The position numbers were made by a program, and so were the translations under genes. Source: Prorocentrum cordatum (Eukaryota). Taken from it: a stretch of DNA of 56,417 bases. The notes under the pieces are model-generated. The model was not told where the DNA came from, searched no databases, and saw nothing but the letters and a program-made list of their open reading frames with translations. Positions 47,565 to 56,417 of the stretch are shown here, piece by piece; position 1 is the first letter of the stretch, and every line of letters starts with the position of its first letter. The stretch is taken from assembly GCA_963575745.1 (NCBI GenBank), contig CAUYUJ010000090.1:62001-118417 (forward strand). The letters run 5' to 3'.

Positions 47565-49326
47565 AATCCATCCTCGATGGTTATGAACTCTGGGGCTACT
47601 TCTATGGTCAAGGTCCGCAGCGCCCACGACGTCTCCGGGGCCATTTTAGACGGCGAAGTCGCGGCAAAGGACCTTTAAGCCAACAACTGTGGGGTGGCCA
47701 AGCCTAAATAAGCCGAGCAACGTCGTGATTATGGTCTCACGCACTCCCACTCCTGCAGGTCAGGGACATCGTCAATGCACACCTGTGTGCGACTGTACCA
47801 GAATCAGAACTAGGCCCGGGGAGTGCTGACGGAACCATTGGTGGTCCTGGGTAACCTTCATAGCCGTCTGAGAACTGATTCTGGATCACGGTTACGAGCC
47901 GCACCCATTGGTCGCGCTCGCACCCGCGGCGGTCAGTTCTAGCCCTGCTCCTCGCTGGCGGCCCAGAGGCAAGCAATAGGTACGCGCGATACGTACTGCC
48001 GCAAAAATCCTCCGGAGTCGCAGTAAGAGTCGCCGTCGTACCTGGCTTCGACTGCCCCCTAGGAGCCCCGCGGCTCACGCGACCCACGGTTAATCCACCC
48101 TGTCGCCCCATCGACCCCTCACTTTCCGGCCCCGCTGGATCACGCGCCGGGGAAGGCCTCCTGAGTTTGGGTTCATGGTCAGGATGTGCAACAAGTAGGA
48201 TAATGACTTCGCGCGCCCCGATCAGGTGACTTGGCGTGAGCTAAATGAAATCGGGTTCGGCACTCTGGCCTGCTCGCACGCGGAGCGGTCACAGGGCCCG
48301 GCGGCCCCGGGGACTCGAAAACCCCCAACGGCGGCGGCGTGCCTGGGGAACCTTCCAGCCCGCCTCCTTCACCGGTCCCATTGTTGCCGCTCGAATCGTC
48401 AGTTGCGTCGCGCTTGCGCTCCGGCGATTTGCCGGGCTCCTCCGTTGGTGAACTCTCACACTTGGCGGGCTGTTCCTGATTTCACGAGCGCTCTTGGCCC
48501 GTCTAACCCAAGGGGTCATTGGCCACTCTGGCCACCTCGCCTGACCCCGTCGCGCTCGACGTCTCCGGGGGGTAGCTGACGCCGCCATGACTGGAACGGG
48601 CTCTCCTTTGCATTCACCGCTGGAACTGGCGCGCCCCGCGCTTGCGTCCAGCGCGCCCCCTGATCTTTGGCAACCGTTCCCGCGCGACTCGACAGGTGAT
48701 TGACCTCGTGGAACTTCGCGATGCGCTGGTCACTCTTGGTTACGATGATACGCCTGACGCCTGCGCGCTCGGCACTCCTGGCGGCCTCGCCCTCGAGGGT
48801 CTCGTCGTCGCCTTTGTGGAGCTCGGCGATGCGCTCGTTAAGCCCTCTGCTAAGTCCGAGCAGCTGTTCGCCACGGCCCATCGCATCCTGGAACTTCCCT
48901 TCAGAAACGCAGTGCCCACCCAGTGATCGCTTAGAAAGTTACACACGGCGTCAGACGCGTTGCGAATCAACCTGGCAACACTCCTTGCCATGAGCGACTT
49001 GACCTCGCCAAGGCTACGATTTTGGGCGTCACGGATGAGGCCACGGGGCTGGAGGCTGGAGGACATGCTTCTTCTTCTCCCCAATAGCCCCCACACCCTG
49101 GCGGGCGACGACGCCAGGCTCGGCGAGGTCGACGGCGATGCCGTTCAACGTTAACTCCTCAGTAGGAGGCAGGCGCAGCTCCTGGATGCCTGCACCCGCC
49201 ACGGCGAGCAACGCGAGCAACAAGTGGCAAGGAGGCATAAGAACGAGGAGGGCAATCTGTCGCGGCGACTTGGCAAGCTGGACGATCGCTGTAAGCTGGC
49301 TGCGGATTACGTACCATTGGTACTGT

Positions 49327-52300
49327 TGCTAACTCATGTCTCCCTGTCTCATGATAATGCTCCTTCCCCCCATGCCGCCTCGTACTCTCACTATTCACAC
49401 ACTTGGAAAGCGCGCCGGCTAACTTATCAGCAACTCCAACTCTCCTGACTTTGACGCGCCCACGTCTCATATCATCTTGCAACCAGGACTGGCATACCTC
49501 TGCGTGTCTCACTCGACCGCGCTCACACCAACTCGCCACTGCAATGGCCGCTGCTGCATCACTCTCGACCCCAATGTTACAGGTGACTCCGATGTTCCTG
49601 AAGACCGATTGAAATCAGAAAGCCACATAAGCACCTCCATCCGCGGCAAGAATACACTGGTTGTCCTGGCGAAAAAGGCATCACAGACTAGGATGGGCTC
49701 TAAGAGTTTGCCCTGCGGCACCCCCAAATTACTACGCCCCCGCTGGGGGATCTCCGAGCCCCCTTGAATCCCGCGCAACCAATGTCCGCCGAGGCGGCAA
49801 GCTCCCCGAACAAGTTTCGACGTGTAAACGCACGCACGGCCCCCCCATGGCCTCTCGAATATGCTCGCTGCGTGGCAAATGCACTCCAGGAGTCCATCGC
49901 GGGCGGCAACGCGCGCCTGACCCCATAGAGGCGCACCGAATGTCAGACCTGTCCTGGGTCGAAAATTTGCCCCTGCAGCGAGCGCATGGCGCCCCTCGCG
50001 GTCGGCCATGCCGAGCGGCCCCCAGCCCTGATCGCCCGATGGCGACTTCCCCCCTGGCACTTCACAACTTACATTGCATTGCTCCACCTGCAACTCGCAC
50101 AGATGTCCCAGCAAGACTCTGGCCAGCTTCACACCGCGCACCCTCGCGCGGCCACTCGATGGCGCCGCTGCGGACCCTGATCGGCCCGCCGCCTTCCTTC
50201 CCCGGCCCCAGCCCCCACCCCCTCTCACCTTTCACATCATACTCCCCCCTGTTCTTGTCGAACCCGCCCAAGCGCTACATCGCCGAGTCGCCTCCGCGCG
50301 CAGTTCACCCAAGACGCGCACCACGGCGCCTGAATCCACGCGGCGACACTCGCCCCGAGGCGCGGCCCGCCCCCCTGCAGAAGTCCACTCGGCAATACCC
50401 CCAACTACCGGCTGCAACACGCGCGCCGCACACAGACTTCAATTGTTCGCCGCGCAGACCTGGCCCGCGGCCCCGGCGGCAATTTTGACGCAAATGCTTA
50501 CTTGACCTGGAGGGTAGCAGCAAAGCCTTCCAATGTCATCGACAGCAAACTTTAGCCCATCCCCCCCCCCCATACTTCTCCTGTATCCAACGCCTCCAGG
50601 CACGGCCACTGAGAAAGAGAACTGCTGCAGATCCACAGGTGGCGCGGCACCATAGATGCGTGCTCCCTCCTTCGAGTTACACGTGACTTGCTAAGCTACC
50701 AGCCCTAACCGATATCCGCGGCCGCTGGCATCTTCCTGATTTTCAACGACTCACCCTGTTCCTACTGATGCTTTCCATGTTACTCACCAGCGTTCGCTCG
50801 CGCCCAGCCCGGCGCGCTCCTCGCGTTTGTGAGAGTGGTAGACTTCAACTCGTTCGATCTGGCGGGTTCGGGAATGAGCTCGCCGCCTGCCGCAACATCC
50901 CACGCCCTCCCGTCCCAAGTTCGCCTCGGCGAACTGGGCGGATGCCCCTGCGAGTTGCAGGAACGCGACGCGCGATGGAGTCGCGCGTTTCTCACGCCAC
51001 TGGCGTTATCATCCAAACTTGGTGGTTATACTCTGCGAGATTTCACCGGCGATTGCGCTCATCACTAGATTCGACATACGTGAACTATGTCAACGAATTG
51101 CAGGGCCCCTTCCTGGACACCCGCCCTCTCATAGGCCCGATCACATCGTCCACGCGCCTGCCTTGTGCCATTGCTTCCCTGGCGTCTCTGTCTTTGGTCA
51201 CGCGTCACACGCACGAACCCTATAGTGACCCTTCGGACCCAGGTAAGATTTGTCAATCAGCGCGGTCGCAATTCCTCATCCGCGTCACCTGGTCAGCGCT
51301 TCCACTGCGGCCCGAAACTTCGGGCTTGCATTCAACTGAGTCGATTTGGGAAATGCCCACTTCTTGCCAGCCGCACCCACCACTGCCATCGCGTCGCATT
51401 TGTTGAAGTCACCCTTCAAAACATGGTCTCGCACAACCTATCCGAACAAACCTCTGCTCTTCGTGTCCTACTACCACCCGTGAGTTCGATGTGCCTGTGA
51501 TCACCACTACACCTGCTGCTTAGCCCAATTCCTATCATTGCAGCGTTCGCCATGAACCTACTGGCTCGTTTACCGACCACCTCCACCAATGGCACACGGA
51601 AGTCATGCCGCAACTGCGCATGTCTTCTCTGCACGCCCCGACCCACGCGCTGCTTTGTAAGATTCTCGGGAGCGGCGTGGCTCCCCACGTGGATGCTGAC
51701 GCTGGCTGCTCAAATAAGAAGTACAAGCCGCCATGCCTTGAACCCCGCAGAACTCCATGGCGATTTGAACATGCTTCAACCCATGCTCGATGATGTCCCT
51801 TAATTGTTTCTGCGGCCAAGCGTCAGTTCATGGGTCGGCTGAATGCCGCGCACATTAGGCTCACCACGGGTAGCAGAGCGGCCCTGCTCTTTACGAGCTG
51901 TTTCGCACTTTGATTCATGTCTGATACATATATTAAGTGACTAGGTCCATGGCCAATCCTGAGGTTAACCTATCTTGTCTGCCTTCCTGCTACTCTGGCA
52001 GGTGCTATGCCTCGCTTGCGTGGGCTTGCACAGTTACCTGGCCTTCGCCGTCTAATATGGTTTGGCAACGCTGTCCGTTAACCTATGTAAGGGGTTGACA
52101 TATCACGTTCGTTCGGTCTCCACTTTCGCTATCACCGCGCTAATTCCCATAAATTCTAAACCTTGGGCAGTTTCTACGACCATCCCGTCATCTGCATACT
52201 CCAACCTGTTGTTTGTTTATACTTCCACATGCCCTCCAACCATCATAAATCTCAATTGTTTAGCCCGTTTTGGGTTGATAATGTGAGTCTCTTTGTAGTA

Positions 52301-52700
52301 ATCCGCTTCCCGGGTTTCAATATCCCGATGTGCAAGTTTAGTCCCACCTCGTTGTCTGGATCAAATAACTAGTTCCTTCTTAGGTAGCCTGTGCAATATT
52401 AGCAGCCTGTTGCCTCGCTTCGGCGTCTCACTGGTCGCGCGTGCTTCCTTGCGGGGGCTACCTTCTTGCTATTCACGTTTGCCTGGCTTCTCCTGGCCCG
52501 TTACGTCAAAACGCAGCTGTGCTGATGCTAACCTAACCTGAATTCGGTGATCCCCTTGAGAATAAACAATTCAATGGCCCTGGCTCGACACTCGGCGTTG
52601 CGAAGTTTTTTCTACTGTCCTTGCTGGTTATTGCACGGCATCCATGACATCCTGGTATTGTTGTTTTGACGTACTCTGATTTGCTCACGGATACTCCCCT
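49327..52700 (-). pseudogene. Heavily degraded Ty1/copia pol remnant: Cys motif, DNMT-like domain, RT, RNase H
   Basis: Colinear relics across frames: IPGCHGCRAI (~52630-52660); GLAMDLVT; LLPVVSLMCAAFS (Cys 51850-51852); GGLYFLFEQPASASTW (E ~51711); LSSRCSGDHRHIELTGGSRTRRAEV; AWDVAAGGELIPE; AAPPVD..FSVAV..LKFAVDDIGR (~50537); LKSVCGARVAAGSW (~50442-50401); DAAAAIAVAS..GRVRHAEVCQSWLQD..DKLAGALSK (~49570-49400). Confidence 0.75.
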
Positions 52701-52779
52701 AACGATCTGGGGTTTGGCTTGTGCTCTCTCGGGCTCTTAAGGCAACGAGGGGCATGGACGCGACTGCCCCTTCGAGGCC

Positions 52780-55220
52780 CCCGATGACCCCAGATAGGCC
52801 CCCGAGAGGCCTTTAAGAGACATCAAAGAGTCGCCCGAGATGCATCACAAGAAACCCCGAGATACATCGAACACGCCTCTGATCCACGACCCAGGCGCGG
52901 TGGCAGGATGGGCCGAAGGCCACCAAATCCGCCGCCCCCTGTTGATTCATCACAGGGGTGCCCGGCGTGCTAGACCCTTTCGCTTTGGGTTTTGATTCGT
53001 TTCCAACAGAACTCCCCCTGGGGCTTCGGCCCGTCCCGCAGGAGATGCGTAACAGGTGGTTGCAAAGGGTTTTTCGGCTCCAGACGGCTCCAAGATGGCC
53101 TCCAAGATGGTCAAGATGGCCCAAGATGGCCTCCAAATTCGTCCAAGATGGTCCAAGCTGGCCTCGAAGACGGCCCAAGAGAGTCCAAGATGCCTCCAAG
53201 TTCGCACAAGAAACACCTAAGACGGCCCAAGACCGCGCAAGAGGCCCCCAAGACGGCCCAAAACGGCCCAAGAGGCCTCCAAGAGGTCCTCCAGGAGGGC
53301 CCGAAGAGGCAAAAACCATGGATTTTCCCAAGGCTTTTGAAGGGGTTTGGCATTTGCTCTTTTTCGGCCTTCCGACGGCTCAAGACTGCCCAAAAGGCCC
53401 CCAAGATCGCTCCAGGATCACCCACGAGGCCTCCAAGACGGCCCACGGACGGCCCAAAAGAGGATCCGAAGAGGGCCCGAAGAGGGCCCCAAGAGGCCTC
53501 CCAGACGGCCAAGATGGAATCCAAAGCGGCAAAGATGGCCCCAAGAGGCATTCAAGACGAAACCAAGAGGAGTTTCGCATGTGCTCCTTTTCGGCCCAAG
53601 ACGGCCCAAGACGGCCCAAGAGGCCCCCAGGATCGCCCCAAGATCGCCCACGAGGCCCTCAAGATGGCCACATGACGGCCCAAGAGGCCCCCAAGACGGC
53701 CCCAAGAGGGCCCCAAGAGGTCTCCAAGACGGCAAAGATGGCCTCCAAAACGGCAAAGATGGCCTCCAAGACGGCTAAGATAACCCCAAGATGCCTTCAA
53801 AACTTCAAAACGGCCCAAGATGCACCAAAAACGGCCTAAGATGGCCTCAAGATGGCCCAAGACGGCCCAAGAGGCCCCCAAGAGGCCTCCAAGACGGCCC
53901 AAGAGGCCCCCAAGAAGTCCTCCAGGAGGACCTGAAGAGACCAAAATCATCAGTGTTCCCCAGGTGTTGAAGGAGTTTGGCATGTGCTCCTTTTCGGAGT
54001 TCCGACGGCCCAAGACGGCCCAAGAGGCCCCCAAGATCGCCCCAAGATCGCCCACGAGGCCCCCAAGATGGCCACATGACGGCCCAAGAGGCCCCCAAGA
54101 CGGCCCCAAGAGGGCCCCAAGAGGCCTCCAAGACGGCAAAGATGGCCTCCAAGACGGCCAAGATGGCCTCCAAGACGGCTAAGATAACCCCAAGATGTCT
54201 TCAAGACGGCCCAAGATGCACCAAGAACTGCCTAAGATGGCCTCAAGATGGCCCAAGACGGCCCAAGAGGCTCCCAAGAGGCCTCCAAGACGGCCAAGGG
54301 CCCTCCAAGACGTCCTCCAGGAGGACCCGAAGAGACCAACATCATTGATTTATCGAAGGTGCTTGAAGAAGTTTGGCATGTGCTCCGTTTCTGCATTCCG
54401 ACGGCTCAAGACGGCCCAAGAGGCCCCCAAGATCGCCCCAAGATCGCCAACGAGGCCCCCAAGATGGCAACATGACGGCCCAAGAGGCCCCCAAGACGGC
54501 CCCCAGAGGGGCACGACAGGCCTCCAAGACGACCAAGATGACCTCCAAGACGGATAAGACTGCCCAAGATGCACCCAAGATGGCCTAAGATGGCATCAGC
54601 ATGGCTTCAAAATGACCCAAGATGGCCTCCAAGACGGCCAAGATGGCCTCCAAGACGGCTAAGATGGCCCCAAGATGCCTTCAAGACGGCCCAAGAAGCA
54701 CCCAATACGGCCTAAGATGGCCTCAAGATGGCCCAAGACGGCCCAAAAGGCCTCCAAGAGTTCTTCCGGAAGGCCCGAAGAGGCCAAAACCATTGATTTG
54801 CCTGTGGTAGTCAAAAGATTTTGGCAGTTGCGCCTTGTCGGCCTTGCGACGGCCCAAGACGGTCCAAAAGGCCCCCAAAGTCGCCCCAAGATCGCCAACG
54901 AGGCCTCCAAGATGGCCGCATGACGGCCCAAGAGGCCCCCAAGACGGCGACATCCAAGACGTCCAAGATACTCTCCAAGACGGCCCTGAAACGACCCAAG
55001 AGAGCCCCATGTCGGTTCAGAGAGGCCCCCAAGACGGCTTCCGACGGCGTCAGACGGGTCGGGAACGCCCTAAGACGGCGAAAGAGGCCCCCAAGAAGCT
55101 CCCAAAAGGCCCCCACGAAGCCCCCAAGAGGCCCAGGGGAGCTTCCAAGAGGCCTCCAGAAGGCTCCCAGGAAGCTCCGCAGAGGCATCCCAAGAGGCCT
55201 CGCAAGACGGTGTCCAAGAA
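52780..55220 (+). repeat. Large CCAAGA(C/T)GGC satellite-like array with ~400-bp higher-order units
   Basis: The 'gcatgtgctcc' landmark recurs at ~53577, 53980 and 54376, with variants at ~53350 and ~54825. Confidence 0.85.
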
Positions 55221-55907
55221 GTCTCCGCGTCCTACTCCTCCTCATCCTTCCCCATCATCCTCATCCTCATCCTCATCCTCATCCTCATCCTCCTCCTAAT
55301 CATCATAATCCTCACTCTCCTGATCCTCCTATTGCTCCCCCTCGCGTTCCTTTCCAAACCGACTCGGGGAACAACTGGCCCGATAGCTTGGCCAAGCTCT
55401 AGCCCAGCTGTCGGCCACATAGGCGCTTCCAAAGGGGCAGGGGGCGGCGGTGATTCGCCGTAGGCGTCTTCGATAGAAAAAAAAAGAATGCGGTGTAACG
55501 TATTGTTGTGCACAAGTATTGGGAAGAGGGAGAAAGAGAGAGAAAGAGAGAGAGAGAGAGAAACAAAAAATGAATGAGGGGGGACGGGAAAGGGAGAGGG
55601 AGAGGGAGGGTGCAAGGGCGAGAGAGAGGAAGAGGGGGAGAGAGAGAGGGAGGGGCATGGAGGAAACAGCTAGAGAAATACATAAACATGCAGAAATACG
55701 TAAGAATAGAAGGAAGGAAAGAGGAGAGCGAGGAAAGAGAGAGGAGACAGAAGAGACAGGAGAGAAAGGGGAGAGAGGGGAGGGAGTTATAGATCTACAG
55801 GGAGAGAGGGAATCAGGAAAGAAATAGAGAGAGAGAGAACACACACATACACACACTCACAAAAGAGAACGACAGGAATATATGTATATTTGAACAGTGC
55901 TGGCGAC

Positions 55908-55982
55908 CTGCGCCTTGAGCTCCTGGCTTCTCGCCCGCATCTGCTCCAGCATCGTGGTAACTTTGCCGATGACCCTGATGTC
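55908..55982 (-). CDS. Host coiled-coil gene, 1st visible exon (DIRVIGKVTTMLEQMRARSQELKAQ)
   Basis: 75 nt, acceptor CAG|G (AG at 55984-55983) after a polypyrimidine tract, GT donor at 55907-55906, phase 0. Confidence 0.75.
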
Positions 55983-56229
55983 CTGCATCCGAAGAGGAGG
56001 AGGAGGAGGAGGACGAGGAAGGAGAGGGATAGGGAGGAGGATGAGGAGGAGGAGGAGAACGACGAGAACGAGGAGGAGGAGGAGGAGAAGGAGGAGGAGG
56101 TGGAGGAGGAGGGGAGGGAGAGGGAGCCAGGGACGCGCCCTCCCCTTTTGCGCCATGCACGGCGGCGATCCACCACAAGGATACAGGCGAAGGGGGAGGA
56201 GCGGCACCAGCAGCAGCAGCAGCAGGTGG

Positions 56230-56417
56230 AGAAGGAGGAGGAGGCACTGGAGGAGGAGGAGCAGGAGGAGGAGGAGGAGGAGAAGGAGAAGGAGAAGGAG
56301 AAGGAGAAGGAGAAGGAGAAGGAGAAGGAGAAGGAGAAGGAGAAGGAGAAGGAGAAGGAGAAGGAGAAGACGAAGGAGAAGGAGAAGGAGAAGGAGAAGA
56401 AGAAGGAGGAGGAGAAG
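56230..56417. repeat. (GGA)n then (GGAGAA)n microsatellite
   Basis: Direct reading. Confidence 0.95.

Noticed and set aside
46790..49300. Unique-looking sequence that may be decayed coding DNA
   Set aside because: No motif I can identify with confidence and no LTR for the fossil copia found; needs a translated search.
52813..55402. Pro/Arg/Lys-rich ORFs (PKTAQDGPR...)
   Set aside because: Translations of the CCAAGA repeat, open in most frames.

Overview
Repeat-dominated eukaryotic DNA with dinoflagellate-like hallmarks (inferred from GT/GC/GA splice donors, AG|G acceptors, methyltransferase-carrying copia elements and CCAAGA-rich repeats). Nearly the whole window lies inside introns of a minus-strand host gene. 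Five short phase-0 exons (55908-55982, 32878-32946, 23978-24049, 3757-3867, 622-684) splice into a continuous 130-aa coiled-coil peptide. The main feature is an intact, very young Ty1/copia LTR retrotransposon (34496-43113) with identical ~208-bp LTRs, a GTGCC target-site duplication and non-canonical TG...AG(G) ends. Its single 2655-aa ORF reads Gag-CCHC-protease-[C5 DNA-methyltransferase-like domain]-integrase-RT-RNase H plus a ~480-aa Cys/His-rich tail. A second, heavily decayed minus-strand copia (~49327-52700) carries a homologous methyltransferase-like domain at a different position, directly before RT. Also present: five copies of a composite element with conserved ends enclosing 102-bp satellite arrays, two ~160-170-bp MITE-like elements with 5-bp TSDs, a LINE 3' fragment, many micro/minisatellites and a 100-N gap. 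Almost all other ORFs in the track are repeat artefacts. Domain calls come from motif recognition by eye, not database searches.
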